64,000 bases of DNA, from assembly GCA_035289645.1 (NCBI GenBank), contig DATDWL010000004.1, forward strand, positions 29,614 through 93,613, read 5' to 3'. Under the pieces are notes generated by a model that was not told the origin of the DNA, made no database searches, and saw only the letters and a program-made list of their open reading frames with translations. A program made the position numbers and the translations under genes. This stretch comes from Candidatus Peribacterales bacterium. GTDB lineage: Bacteria; Patescibacteriota; Gracilibacteria; Peribacterales; Peribacteraceae. Shown piece by piece: positions 36,449-46,614 of the stretch (the first letter of the stretch is position 1; each line of letters starts with the position of its first letter).

Positions 36449-37966
36449 TCATCCCTTCATTTCTTTTGGGACTGGAATCTCCATCATCCGGAGAATGAGC
36501 GGAGCGATGTCTTTGAGACCAGTACATGATGCAAGTTGAGCGGATGAGGTGATAAGCGACGAGTGCACAAACGTTTGCACTTTGTTCTTCGAATGGCTCG
36601 GACAAATGAGATCTGTCCCCGGGTAGTACATTTCTTCCGCATTCCCGTGATCCGCAGTGATGATCCAGTCGTATCCCTCTTCTTGGAGAACGGGGAGCAG
36701 ACGAAGAAGATTTCGATCAACTGCTTCGCACGCGGAAACGGCTGCATCGATTCTCCCGCCGTGTCCCACGACATCTGGATTTGCAAAGTTCACAACAATC
36801 AGATCTTTGTCCCCTTTCTTCGCCACTTTAATCACAGCATCGCAGACATCGTTCGCCGCCATATCCGGCGCATCCGCCATATTGGGAACATCGGGCGTGC
36901 GCACATGAATGTGTTCCTCGCCGGGGAATGGATCCATTCTCTGTTGATTAAAGAAGTATGTCACATGGACGTATTTTTCGGTTTCCGAAATTCTCACTTG
37001 CTTCTTCCCCGCATTCGAAACAACTTCGCCAAGACTGTTGACTGCGGAAGTCGGTGGAAATGCGATCGGTAAATGTTCCGAATACGGACCCATGCACACC
37101 ACGTCTTTGATCCGCACAGGGCGCTTGAATTTGTCGAATGTTTCATCCGCAAGCGCGCTCACAATCTGGAGCATCCTGTCTTTGCGGAAATTGATTGCAA
37201 CAACAACATCGTCCTCCCGCATCGGTTGGTACTTCGATGTTTTGAGCGGACGGATATAGAGATCGGTTTTTTCGCTCTTTGGAGCCTGCGCATACCACGC
37301 CCTCACACCATCGCAGAAATCATCACAGAGTTCTCCTTTTCCCTGTGTGAGGAGTTCGTATGTTGCTTTCGTCCGCGTATCGAACCGAAGATCACGATCC
37401 ATCGCAAACCAGCGACCAATGAGTGATGCAAGCGTACCAAGGGCGAGCGTGGAAATCTCTGCTTTTAAAAGATCAAAGTCGACGCAGAAGTGTTGCTCTG
37501 CAACATCGCGACCATCCGAAAAGAGGTGGAGGAGAACCTTCTTGAGCCCGCGATCTTTCGCAAGTTTCAGCATGGCATGCCAGTGTTCTGTGGAGCCATG
37601 TACATTGCCCGTGGAATAGATGCCCATGAGGTGCAGTGGCACATCTTTCTTCTTGGCACGATCGCATGCAGCGACAAGCACCTCATTTTCGAAAAAAGCC
37701 CCCGATCGAATTGTGCGATTAATTTCCTCGAGCGGCTGCCATACAACGCGCCCGGCACCGATCGTCATATGCCCGGGCTCGGATGCTCCCTGTTGTCCCA
37801 CGGGAAGACCGACAGCATTCTCCGCCGCCTCCATGAGGCAATTGGGCGTCACCTCCTCCATCTTTTTGATTGTCGGCATCTCCGCGAGTGTCCGCGCATT
37901 CCCGGGACCCGGAGGCGCAACGCCGAAGCCATCGATGATGATGAGGCAGACTTTACTCACGTGCAT
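36449..37966 (-). CDS. gpmI: 2,3-bisphosphoglycerate-independent phosphoglycerate mutase
   Basis: IIDGFG, VGLP.GQ.G.SE.GH..IGAGR, DGRD, ETEKY.HVTYF, TADHGNAE. Confidence 0.95.
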   Translation of the reverse strand: MHVSKVCLIIIDGFGVAPPGPGNARTLAEMPTIKKMEEVTPNCLMEAAENAVGLPVGQQGASEPGHMTIGAGRVVWQPLEEINRTIRSGAFFENEVLVAACDRAKKKDVPLHLMGIYSTGNVHGSTEHWHAMLKLAKDRGLKKVLLHLFSDGRDVAEQHFCVDFDLLKAEISTLALGTLASLIGRWFAMDRDLRFDTRTKATYELLTQGKGELCDDFCDGVRAWYAQAPKSEKTDLYIRPLKTSKYQPMREDDVVVAINFRKDRMLQIVSALADETFDKFKRPVRIKDVVCMGPYSEHLPIAFPPTSAVNSLGEVVSNAGKKQVRISETEKYVHVTYFFNQQRMDPFPGEEHIHVRTPDVPNMADAPDMAANDVCDAVIKVAKKGDKDLIVVNFANPDVVGHGGRIDAAVSACEAVDRNLLRLLPVLQEEGYDWIITADHGNAEEMYYPGTDLICPSHSKNKVQTFVHSSLITSSAQLASCTGLKDIAPLILRMMEIPVPKEMKG

Positions 37967-38147
37967 TCAGCATACCCTGCAATAACTTTTTTGAATAGAA
38001 AGAGAGATGAAATGCTTCCTGTCAACGGAGGTTTGGAACATCACAAACAACGATTGATTGCATCGCACTCGGAAGAAAATGAGAAAAACAGGAAAAGTTT
38101 TCTCTTGGCATTCACGCAGTGGCTCAACGAGCAAAGAACTCAGCAAT

Positions 38148-38178
38148 AAAAAACGCCCTCGATTTATGGAGGGCGTTT
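38148..38178 (-). terminator. Rho-independent terminator downstream of hup
   Basis: aaacgccctc...gagggcgttt hairpin followed by a T-tract on the minus strand. Confidence 0.75.
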
Positions 38179-38200
38179 CTGATGACTACAAAAACAGCGA

Positions 38201-38476
38201 TTAACGAATGGCGTCCTTCAAAGTCTTTCCTGCTTTGAATGCAGGAACCTTCATCGCCGGGATCGAAATCCTCTGATTCGGATCGCGTGGGTTCACACCC
38301 ATGCGAGCTGCACGGTGTGAAACGCGGAATGTACCGAAGCCTGTGAGCGTTACCGGGTTACCCTTCTTGAGCTCGGAAGTAATGGTGCCCATAAGAGTCT
38401 CGAGCGCATCTGCGGCTGCACGCTTGGTGATGCCAGCACGCTTTGCGATGAGATCAATAAGATCCTGTTTGGACAT
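38201..38476 (-). CDS. hup: DNA-binding protein HU
   Basis: MSKQDLID, V.L.GFGTF....RAAR.G.NP, VPAFKAGK.LK. Confidence 0.96.
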   Translation of the reverse strand: MSKQDLIDLIAKRAGITKRAAADALETLMGTITSELKKGNPVTLTGFGTFRVSHRAARMGVNPRDPNQRISIPAMKVPAFKAGKTLKDAIR

Positions 38477-38798
38477 AGAGATGTGGGGAATGAGGTAGAA
38501 ACCGGAATTCAGTGTAATCCTCCTTTGGCATTCGAAAAGTACTCTTGGCTTGCAGAAGCGAAGGAAAGGCTGAGGAATGAAAGTACAGATTTATTGAACA
38601 CAAAATTTGTTCAAGAAATGAGGAATGTCTATAATGTCGAGAAAAGCATGATTATTGATATTTATTTGAATGATAGGAAAATCGAATGTCTCCAATTTTC
38701 CACATTTTCCCTCACTCTTCTGTTCAGCAATTTTGACAAACAAAATCCCTCCACCCTACCCTCCCCACTCGTTCTACCTTCCATACTCACTTTCTTAC

Positions 38799-41120
38799 GT
38801 GCCAGCGAATCTCGTCATTGTGGAATCTCCTGCAAAGGCAAAAACCATTAAAAAATTTCTTGGGAAGGATTTCGCCGTGGAAGCAAGCATGGGTCATGTG
38901 CGCGATTTGCAGGAGAAAAAATTGAGCGTCGATGTGAAGAATAATTACGAGCCGACCTACGAAATTCCCGAGGGGAAAAAAACAGTGATCAAAAATCTAC
39001 AGAAAGCGATGAAGACTGCCGAGCACCTCTGGATCGCGACTGATGAAGACCGCGAAGGGGAGGCAATCGGTTGGCATCTTCTCCACGCGCTCAAAGTGCC
39101 GGTGAAGGAACATAAGAGCGTCAAACGCATCGTCTTCCACGAGATCACGAAGGAAGCGATCGAAGCAGCGATAGGAAACCCGCGCACGATTGATCAAAAA
39201 CTCGTAGAGGCGCAGCAAGCACGGCGCATTCTCGATCGCTTGGTGGGGTACACGCTCTCGCCATTCCTCTGGGCGAAAGTATACCGAGGCCTTTCGGCAG
39301 GCCGCGTGCAATCTGTTGCCGTGCGGATTATTGTGGATCGCGAGAAGGAGATTCAAGCATTCAAATCAGATGAATACTGGACGATTGATGCGGAACTGCA
39401 AACGAGTGGTAAAGAAATTTTTCAAGCATCACTCACAAAGCTCAATGGAAAAAAGTACGTACCGGACAACGAGAAGGATGCAACAGCCGTAGTCGAAGCG
39501 GTGCAGGGGAAAAAGTTTTCCGTCCACGAGATCGAAGAAAAGAAGGTGCAGAAAAATCCTTCTCCTCCGTACACAACGTCCACTCTCCAGCAGGATGCTT
39601 CGAATAAACTTGGCTTCTCGGTAAAGCAAACCATGGTCGTCGCCCAGCAACTCTACGAAGGCGTGAACCTTGGGAAGGGCGAGGGGCAGACCGGTCTCAT
39701 CACCTACATGCGTACGGATTCCGTGAATTTGAGCGCGAAGGCTCTCACCGATTCCGAAGAGATGATTCAGAAACTCTTTGGACGCGAATATATTTTAAGC
39801 AAGCCCCGCACGTTCCAAACGAAAAGTAAAAATGCACAAGAGGCCCACGAAGCGATTCGTCCAACAGAGCTCCACAGAACGCCCGAAAGTCTTGCCGGAG
39901 TGCTCGATGATCCTCAACTCAAACTCTATACGCTGATCTGGAAGCGAACGATGGCAACGCAAATGCCCGCAGCGGAATTGAAGCGCGTGGGAGCCGATAT
40001 TGCCGCCGCGGAGTATATGTTTCGCGCAACGGGACAGACGGTGGAATTTGATGGGTATTTGAGGGTGTATGAAGAAGAGGATGATACCCAGAGCTTAGGT
40101 GAAAAATTCCTCCCCAAGCTTGCAGAGGGACAGGAACTCACGTGCACCGGAATACTGCCGGAGCAGCACTTCACTCAGCCGCCGGCTCGCTACACAGAGG
40201 CTTCACTCGTGAAGAAGTTGGAAGAAGAAGGCATCGGCCGTCCGAGCACCTATGCTCCAACGATCAGTACCGTTCAACAGCGCGGCTATATTCGGAAAGA
40301 TGGAAGACAGCTCATTCCAGAAACCGTCGCATTTACGGTCACCGATCTTTTGATCGCGCACTTCCCCGATATTGTCGACCTCAAATTCACCGCCAAAGTC
40401 GAGGACTCGCTCGATGAAATCGCAACGGGAAAAGTGGAATGGGTACCCTTTATGGATTCATTTTTTAAACCGTTTAGCGCCCTCATCGAAAAAAAGAAGG
40501 AGGAAGTAAAGAAGGAAGATGTCCTCAAAGAAGCAATTCTTGGCAACGATCCGAAGACCGGATTCGAAGTCATCGTGCGCACGGGAAGATTCGGCAACTA
40601 CGTGCAGCTTGGTCGGCCGGAAGATTACAAAGGCACCAAGAATAAGCCGAAGAGTGCATCACTCCCGAAAGGTATCGTGAAGGAAGAGGCAACGCTCGAG
40701 CAGGCGCTGTCGCTCCTCAGCTTCCCAAGAATCCTCGGGGAAAAGGATGGTCAGGATGTCTCGGCAAATCTTGGCCGCTTTGGTCCGTATCTGCGGTGGG
40801 GAACAGTGACAGTCACGCTGCCGCCCGAGGTCGATCCCACACATGTGACGCTTCAGGAGGCTGAAACATTGATTGCAGAAGCAGCGGAGAAGCGGAAGCA
40901 AATGGCTGAACCAATCCAGAAGCTTGGCGCTGATCCAACGAGCAGTGGAGAAATTCTGGTGAAGACCGGCCGCTACGGGCCGTACGTCACCGATGGCAAA
41001 ACGAACGCATCGCTTGGGAAGAAATTTGATCCGAAGACTCTCACCCGTGACGAAGCAATCGAGATCTTGGTAAAAAAGCGCGCCCGCGGTCCCGGAAGAA
41101 AATGGGGGAAGAAGAAGTAA
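38799..41120 (+). CDS. topA: DNA topoisomerase I
   Basis: LVIVESPAKAKTI, ATDEDREGE, SAGRVQS, ITYMRTDS, GRFGPY C-terminal repeats. Confidence 0.97.
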   Translation: MPANLVIVESPAKAKTIKKFLGKDFAVEASMGHVRDLQEKKLSVDVKNNYEPTYEIPEGKKTVIKNLQKAMKTAEHLWIATDEDREGEAIGWHLLHALKVPVKEHKSVKRIVFHEITKEAIEAAIGNPRTIDQKLVEAQQARRILDRLVGYTLSPFLWAKVYRGLSAGRVQSVAVRIIVDREKEIQAFKSDEYWTIDAELQTSGKEIFQASLTKLNGKKYVPDNEKDATAVVEAVQGKKFSVHEIEEKKVQKNPSPPYTTSTLQQDASNKLGFSVKQTMVVAQQLYEGVNLGKGEGQTGLITYMRTDSVNLSAKALTDSEEMIQKLFGREYILSKPRTFQTKSKNAQEAHEAIRPTELHRTPESLAGVLDDPQLKLYTLIWKRTMATQMPAAELKRVGADIAAAEYMFRATGQTVEFDGYLRVYEEEDDTQSLGEKFLPKLAEGQELTCTGILPEQHFTQPPARYTEASLVKKLEEEGIGRPSTYAPTISTVQQRGYIRKDGRQLIPETVAFTVTDLLIAHFPDIVDLKFTAKVEDSLDEIATGKVEWVPFMDSFFKPFSALIEKKKEEVKKEDVLKEAILGNDPKTGFEVIVRTGRFGNYVQLGRPEDYKGTKNKPKSASLPKGIVKEEATLEQALSLLSFPRILGEKDGQDVSANLGRFGPYLRWGTVTVTLPPEVDPTHVTLQEAETLIAEAAEKRKQMAEPIQKLGADPTSSGEILVKTGRYGPYVTDGKTNASLGKKFDPKTLTRDEAIEILVKKRARGPGRKWGKKK

Positions 41121-41123
41121 CCG

Positions 41124-41229
41124 CTTTTCTCGCCTGCCCGCCGAGGTGGGAGCGAGTGCTGAGCGAGTCCGCCTTTGGCGGACGAGTCGAAGAACGAGTC
41201 GAGAGACGGTGCAATCTCGCTCGAGAAAA
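41124..41229. repeat. Composite type B element with a nested inner arm and an 18-bp micro-element
   Basis: ttttctcg[cctgcccgccgaggtggg]agcgagt gctgagcg...agtcgaag aacgagtcgagagac ... ctcgctcgagaaaa. Confidence 0.85.
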
Positions 41230-41233
41230 ATTA

Positions 41234-41566
41234 TCAGTCGTGCACCCTCTCGATTTTGGTCACCTCCCACACCCCATCAACAGGTTTTGATTCCACAAGG
41301 TAATCGTAGGGAGCACACGTGAGTATGTGGAAGCGAGATTCCTCTGTGCTTTGGATTCGTTCTACTCTTGTACAATCTCGCAACATGAAGAGTCGAGCAA
41401 GATCGCTGCTATCTCCCGCACCAAGTACTTCCCCCGAAAGGCGTAATTCCGATCGCGAAAGTAGTGCAATCACGAAGACTGCAGCAACCGAAAGGAGCGA
41501 GATGCCGAGGAATTGCAGGCGTATTGCCTTGCGTGCGGGGATGTGTTTGGATCGTTTGTTTGTCAT
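41234..41566 (-). CDS. Hypothetical single-TM protein
   Basis: 110-aa ORF; TATAAT 6 nt upstream of ATG. Confidence 0.65.
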   Translation of the reverse strand: MTNKRSKHIPARKAIRLQFLGISLLSVAAVFVIALLSRSELRLSGEVLGAGDSSDLARLFMLRDCTRVERIQSTEESRFHILTCAPYDYLVESKPVDGVWEVTKIERVHD

Positions 41567-41622
41567 CTCCCCATTATATCACTTGACGGAGTTCCCCGCT
41601 ATTCCATAGAGTTCCCTGCGTT

Positions 41623-41751
41623 ATGCTCAGCAAAGGAAACAAACGCAAGCGGCACAAGCGGCACGGCTTCCTCACTAGGATGAAAACCAAGAAGGGGTCG
41701 CAGGTGCTCGGACGTCGCCGCAGAAAGGGTAGGAAGCGCCTCGGGCAATAA
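41623..41751 (+). CDS. rpmH: 50S ribosomal protein L34 (absent from the ORF track)
   Basis: Translates MLSKGNKRKRHKRHGFLTRMKTKKGSQVLGRRRRKGRKRLGQ; directly upstream of rnpA-yidC-jag. Confidence 0.93.
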   Translation: MLSKGNKRKRHKRHGFLTRMKTKKGSQVLGRRRRKGRKRLGQ

Positions 41752-41767
41752 GAGATACAATGCCTGT

Positions 41768-42223
41768 ATGCAGCTCTCGCACCTTCGTGGCCGCAAGATT
41801 GTTGATCGCGTACGCAGTAAAGGCGCACGTTTTCGCGGAAAACACATGAATATCACATATGTCATGGGAATGCCTCGCACGACAATGGGGAAGAACCTCT
41901 CGACTCACTCATCCTTCGACGGACGCTACGCGTCCGCTCAGGATTCGTTCGCTCCCACCTCGGTGGGCAGGCAAGGAAAGCATTTTTTCGTCGGCACCAC
42001 CGCTTCCACCAAGCTCGATAAATCTGCAGTGAGGAGAAATCGCATGCGTCGACGCTGCCGTGAAGCACTCAGACTTACTGCGAAAGAACGACAAAAATTA
42101 CCTGTATGCCAATTGCTCATCTCGCCGCGTTCCTCTAGCCTAGATTGCGCATTCCAAGAGCTCCAGCGCGATGCGGTGGAATTTCTTACGTCGCTGGAGA
42201 AGACGCATATACACCGTTCGTAA
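41768..42223 (+). CDS. rnpA: Ribonuclease P protein component, with a roughly 28-aa repeat-derived insert
   Basis: VG...STKLDKSAVRRNRMRRRCREA (RNR motif); position between rpmH and yidC. Confidence 0.92.
   Translation: MQLSHLRGRKIVDRVRSKGARFRGKHMNITYVMGMPRTTMGKNLSTHSSFDGRYASAQDSFAPTSVGRQGKHFFVGTTASTKLDKSAVRRNRMRRRCREALRLTAKERQKLPVCQLLISPRSSSLDCAFQELQRDAVEFLTSLEKTHIHRS
41896..41981 (-). repeat. Composite type B arm inside rnpA
   Basis: Reverse complement gctttccttg[cctgcccaccgaggtggg]agcgaacga atcctgagcg...gtcgaaggat gagtgagtcgagagg. Confidence 0.85.
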
Positions 42224-42248
42224 TTTGCACCATCTCTCCCCTCTCAGC

Positions 42249-43520
42249 ATGTCTCCACAGACCCACCCTCGCAATCAAAAGATCTTCCAGTTCCTTCTGA
42301 CCTTTGCCGTCGTGTATCTCGTGAGCACGCTCGGCCTGCAATTCCTCTTCCCCAATCGTTTCCAAAAGAACGCAGAGGTGCCGCAACTTCTCAGTTTTCT
42401 CATTCCCAAAAAAGCTGTTCCAATGGGACGCAATATCACCGTTATCGTGCAGAACAACGCGCAAACCGGTGTGACACTCGCGAATCGTTGTCCCGAGCCT
42501 CCGGTCATCATCGAACGTGAAATAGGGGACAAACTGTACCAAGTGGAAATGAAACAATCGAATGGTGCGTGCGTGCCACTCACCGAATTGCAGGGCAAAA
42601 AAAGTACGACGATAGATTTGAGTCCATGGAAATATTCCGCATTTGGCGAAGAAGGCGTCTATCGCATTTCTCTCCCCATCGAAAGCACGCGTCCATTTGC
42701 CGGAGAAGAAGTCATCAGCGGAAAACTAACGATCAAAAAACCGGGAGTATTTATCTCGCTCTTCCGTGCATTCATCAGCAAACCGCTTCTAAATAGCCTC
42801 GTCCTTATTGCATCGCTGCTCCCGGGGCATAGCCTTGGTTGGTCCATCGTACTCATTACCCTCCTCGTTCGGCTTCTCCTCTTCTTCCCAAGCCAACACG
42901 CGCTCCATAGCCAAAAGAAAATGCAATTGATCCAGCCAAAGATCGAAGAAATTAAACGCAAACATTCCGGTGATCAGCAGCGCATCACGAAGGAAACAAT
43001 GGAGTTGTGGAAGCGCGAAAAGATCAATCCCCTGCAGTCATGTCTTCCCACATTCATCCAAATTCCTATTCTCCTCGGACTCTTCTTCATTATCCGCGAC
43101 AGCAGCACGATCGAATTCTCTCGCCATCTCCTGTATCCCCCATTCCTTGATCTTGCATGGTCATTTAACACCGTGTTCCTCGGCTTTTTGGATCTCCACT
43201 ACATTCCTTTCGCAGGCTCAACGGGATGGATTCCCACGCCCACGAACCTCGCAATTATGATGACAAACGCGTGGATCCCGCTCACGATCGCGCTCCTTCA
43301 GTTCGCCCAGATGAAGCTCTCGTTTGCTATGAAGAAGGTGAAGACGCAGGATAAGAAGACGCTTGCAGAGAAGCTCGATACACAAACCATGATGACCTAC
43401 ATGCTTCCGATCATGATCTTCTTCATTGCAGGAGGCATGCCAGCGGCGATCAGTGTGTACTGGGGGGCATCGACCCTCTTTGGGATCGGGCAGCAGGTGA
43501 TTGTGAATAGGAAAAAGTAA
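42249..43520 (+). CDS. yidC: Membrane protein insertase YidC
   Basis: GWSIV.IT..VRL, MQLIQPKIEEI, INPL.SCLP..IQIP, YW..S.LF...QQ. Confidence 0.94.
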   Translation: MSPQTHPRNQKIFQFLLTFAVVYLVSTLGLQFLFPNRFQKNAEVPQLLSFLIPKKAVPMGRNITVIVQNNAQTGVTLANRCPEPPVIIEREIGDKLYQVEMKQSNGACVPLTELQGKKSTTIDLSPWKYSAFGEEGVYRISLPIESTRPFAGEEVISGKLTIKKPGVFISLFRAFISKPLLNSLVLIASLLPGHSLGWSIVLITLLVRLLLFFPSQHALHSQKKMQLIQPKIEEIKRKHSGDQQRITKETMELWKREKINPLQSCLPTFIQIPILLGLFFIIRDSSTIEFSRHLLYPPFLDLAWSFNTVFLGFLDLHYIPFAGSTGWIPTPTNLAIMMTNAWIPLTIALLQFAQMKLSFAMKKVKTQDKKTLAEKLDTQTMMTYMLPIMIFFIAGGMPAAISVYWGASTLFGIGQQVIVNRKK

Positions 43521-44093
43521 ATGTACTCTTCCTCCCCGATGCAGGACATAATCAAAGATACCCTCGGCACACTCCTCAAAGAGCTTCAACTCGAATTCTC
43601 CGAAATCACGGTCGATGCGAGCGATAGCTCGATGATCCGGGTAAATATCGTCTCTGCAAATCCAAGCCGCCTCATCGGTTGGCATGGGGAAACACTCAAT
43701 GCACTTCAGCACCTCATCAAATCAATCGCACGGACGAAGGAGAAAACAGAGAGGGCGCCATTCATTGTGCTGGATGTGGATGGCTACAGGAAGGATCAGG
43801 AAGAGAAAGTCTGCCGCATCGCAGAACAGAAAGTGGATTTTGTGCGGAGGAAGAAGACGCGCGTCGCTCTCCCACCCATGTCACCCTACTTCCGCAGGGT
43901 CGTGCACCTCTTTATTTCCAGCCACAAGGATTATCAAGACATCACGACGGAGAGCGTCGGCGAGGGCGAGTACCGTCAAATCGTGCTGAAGTTGAAGGAG
44001 GGTGGCATGGATGATGGCGAAGAGTTGCAACCGGTGATCTCGACGGGAGATGAGGGCAGCCTCGTGACTGGGTTTGATAATTTGGATATTTGA
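43521..44093 (+). CDS. jag: Jag/KhpB RNA-binding protein (KH + R3H)
   Basis: LIG.HGETLNALQHL, LDVDGYR, LPPM....RRVVH, TES.GEG..R. Confidence 0.9.
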   Translation: MYSSSPMQDIIKDTLGTLLKELQLEFSEITVDASDSSMIRVNIVSANPSRLIGWHGETLNALQHLIKSIARTKEKTERAPFIVLDVDGYRKDQEEKVCRIAEQKVDFVRRKKTRVALPPMSPYFRRVVHLFISSHKDYQDITTESVGEGEYRQIVLKLKEGGMDDGEELQPVISTGDEGSLVTGFDNLDI

Positions 44094-44138
44094 TTCACAG
44101 AGATGACACGCGCAGGAGCAGCCTGCTAGTCTTTCGCT

Positions 44139-44648
44139 ATGCAAGTCATCAGCCTTCTCCTCGGTGTTACACTCCTCGCCATCGTCGTCACATGGAATCT
44201 GAAGCTCTTTGGATCATCGATCGAGCAGAGCACAACAACATTGAATCCTCCTGCGGCTGAGGATTCAACGGCGAATGAGAGGAGAAAACCATCCCCCATT
44301 GCAGCCACACCCCTTCTCGTCCCCGGCATCGAATCGAGAAACGCAAGACGGCAATCGGATGTGAAGGCTATTCTGGATGCGCTCTTCCAATACTCTCTGG
44401 AAAATGGAATGTATCCCGAGGGAATCACTAACTCTTTCACAGAAATCTGCAAGCAGGGAGCAGCATCCTGTAGCGGTCTTATTGATCTCACTGTACTTTC
44501 GGATACGTATCTTGCAGCTCTCCCCGTCGATCCAAGAGCGGAAGCCAAAGGAAACGGAACCCGCTATGCCGTGATGCAAGTGGGATCTCGCATCACCGTG
44601 AGCGCTTTGGATGCTGAAGGGGGAGTGGTGATTGAGGGAACGCGGTAG
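44139..44648 (+). CDS. Pilin/pseudopilin-like protein
   Basis: N-terminal TM, RNARRQSDVKAI..AL.QY..ENG.YP, YL..LP.DP; no clear prepilin cleavage site. Confidence 0.6.
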   Translation: MQVISLLLGVTLLAIVVTWNLKLFGSSIEQSTTTLNPPAAEDSTANERRKPSPIAATPLLVPGIESRNARRQSDVKAILDALFQYSLENGMYPEGITNSFTEICKQGAASCSGLIDLTVLSDTYLAALPVDPRAEAKGNGTRYAVMQVGSRITVSALDAEGGVVIEGTR

Positions 44649-44650
44649 TT

Positions 44651-45130
44651 TTATTGCTTAAATAGCGTACGCATCTTCTCGGACATGCTGCGACTGCGAT
44701 GCGCAATGTGATAGATCGGCATAATGATAGCAATCACGACCGCGGTTGGCAGAGTGGAAAGCGCTGGTTCAGAAGATGGCTCTCGCAGGTATGGAATCCC
44801 TAGTTTATGTATGAGGTAGCATACGGACGTTGTGAGGACAGCCGGCACAACAATAGGAATGCACTCTTGAGTGAGTGTTCGAACTTTTCTTGCAAGAACC
44901 TCATGAATTTTTATAAGTGATGCAGCAGAAATTCCACTATGGATCATCTGATTCACAGCTGCATGCTGAACTTCGTTCCATCCATGATCAGCATTCATGA
45001 GGCCGGAAATCGCAGACATTCCTAATACTCCCGTAGCAGCAATAGCATACTTGTACTTTACAAGAAATTCACCAATACGTGCCGTGACGGAAGACTTTGG
45101 TTCACATTCATGCTGATCGCAATTGCTCAT
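44651..45130 (-). CDS. Hypothetical membrane protein
   Basis: 159-aa ORF with hydrophobic segments. Confidence 0.6.
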   Translation of the reverse strand: MSNCDQHECEPKSSVTARIGEFLVKYKYAIAATGVLGMSAISGLMNADHGWNEVQHAAVNQMIHSGISAASLIKIHEVLARKVRTLTQECIPIVVPAVLTTSVCYLIHKLGIPYLREPSSEPALSTLPTAVVIAIIMPIYHIAHRSRSMSEKMRTLFKQ

Positions 45131-45147
45131 AAGTGAAATAGTGTGCT

Positions 45148-46509
45148 CTACACCATCCTTTCTGGATCCAACATTTTCTTAAGTTTCGCTTTGGGAATAG
45201 TCGTTCTCCACGATGCAACCTCCAGAATCGTCTCTCCTTTCGCCATAGCCTCTTTCGCAATCTCCGCTGCTTTTTCGTACCCGATCAGAGGCGTAAGAGC
45301 TGTGACAAGCATTGGGCTCCTCTCCAGGCGATATTTGATACTCACAGAATTCGCTTTGAGCCCATGCATGCATTTTGTTGCAAAAACATGAGTGACATTC
45401 GTGAGAAGCATCATGGTGGTATGGAGCTTGGAAGCAATGACTGGATATCCTGTACAAAGCTCAAATCTGCTTATATACGCAATAGATTGCGTAATCGTAA
45501 CATCGCCCCCCATGATGAACGCAGCGACTTGCTCCACGCTTTCGCAGAGAACAGGGTTTACTTTGCCGGGCATGATGGAGGATCCCGCTTGAAGCTCTGG
45601 AAGGATGAGTTCGGCAATGGCATCCGATCCCATCAGGCGGATATCACTCGCAATCTTTGTGAGGACGATGGCGACTTCGATAAGAGCAGAGCTGAGAGAT
45701 TTGAGTGCGAGAGGACAGGACTGCGCTGCGATATGATCCTCGGCTTCGTCGAGCGGAAGCTGTGTCTCTTTTTTGAGTGCCGCAATGACTCGCTTTGCAA
45801 ACTGGGGATGTGCATTGATCCCTGTGCCAACCGCCGTACCGCCGAGCGGAAGAATGCAGAGCTTTTCTATAGCCTGTGTGAGTGATTCAATCACCTGTAC
45901 AAGGAGTGATGAGTACGATCGGAATTCATCGGAAAGCCGAATGGGGGCTGCATCCATAAGGTGCGTACGACCGACTTTGATGATGGGAGCAAACTCTTTC
46001 TCCTTCCTCGAAAGCTCTTTGATGAGGAGCATAAGCGCAGGAATGAGTTCATCACGAACCTTGAGTGCACTGCTGATCTGCAGAGCGCTTGGAATCACAT
46101 CATTACTCGATTGGCATCGATTTACATGATCGTTGGGGTGAATTTGAGCCGCTTTTCTCGAGCGAGCGAATCCGCCATCAGCGGATGAGCGAGTCGAGAG
46201 ACCTATCGACTGATTGGCAAGCTCTGCAATCACCTCATTCATATTCATATTCGTGCTCGTCCCCGACCCTGTCTGGAAAATATCCACAGGGAATTGATCG
46301 AGGTGGCTCCCTCTTTTGATCGAAGAAGCAGCCTTTGTGATAGCTGCAGCATGACTCTTTGGGATTTCTCCGAGCGCTCCATTCACCATCGCTGCATGCG
46401 CTTTTATAAGCGCAAGCGCCATGAGGAATTGGGGCGGCATCCGCCATCCGGAGATGGGGAAGTTCTTCATTGCAGCCTCCGTATGCTTTCCGTAGGGTTT
46501 TTTTGGCAC
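45148..46509 (-). CDS. fumC: Class II fumarate hydratase (FumC/AspA family), with an in-frame insert
   Basis: QTGSGTSTNMNMNEV, HPNDHVN..QSSND, GRTHLMDA, GSSIMPGKVNP. Confidence 0.88.
   Translation of the reverse strand: MPKKPYGKHTEAAMKNFPISGWRMPPQFLMALALIKAHAAMVNGALGEIPKSHAAAITKAASSIKRGSHLDQFPVDIFQTGSGTSTNMNMNEVIAELANQSIGLSTRSSADGGFARSRKAAQIHPNDHVNRCQSSNDVIPSALQISSALKVRDELIPALMLLIKELSRKEKEFAPIIKVGRTHLMDAAPIRLSDEFRSYSSLLVQVIESLTQAIEKLCILPLGGTAVGTGINAHPQFAKRVIAALKKETQLPLDEAEDHIAAQSCPLALKSLSSALIEVAIVLTKIASDIRLMGSDAIAELILPELQAGSSIMPGKVNPVLCESVEQVAAFIMGGDVTITQSIAYISRFELCTGYPVIASKLHTTMMLLTNVTHVFATKCMHGLKANSVSIKYRLERSPMLVTALTPLIGYEKAAEIAKEAMAKGETILEVASWRTTIPKAKLKKMLDPERMV
46151..46202. repeat. Single type B arm inside fumC
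   Basis: gcttttctcgagcgagcgaatccgccatcagcggatgagcgagtcgagagac, closely similar to 25725-25775. Confidence 0.9.
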
Positions 46510-46614
46510 AGAAGGGAAAATAAATGCTGCCTGATGGTACCAGAGTTGCTAATGTATTTTATAGAATAATTTGACATTTTTATCAAAAAATTGTATTATT
46601 CAACATAAAGGGAT

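Noticed and set aside
41580-41625. Replication origin next to rpmH
   Set aside because: No dnaA gene and no cluster of DnaA boxes is visible here.
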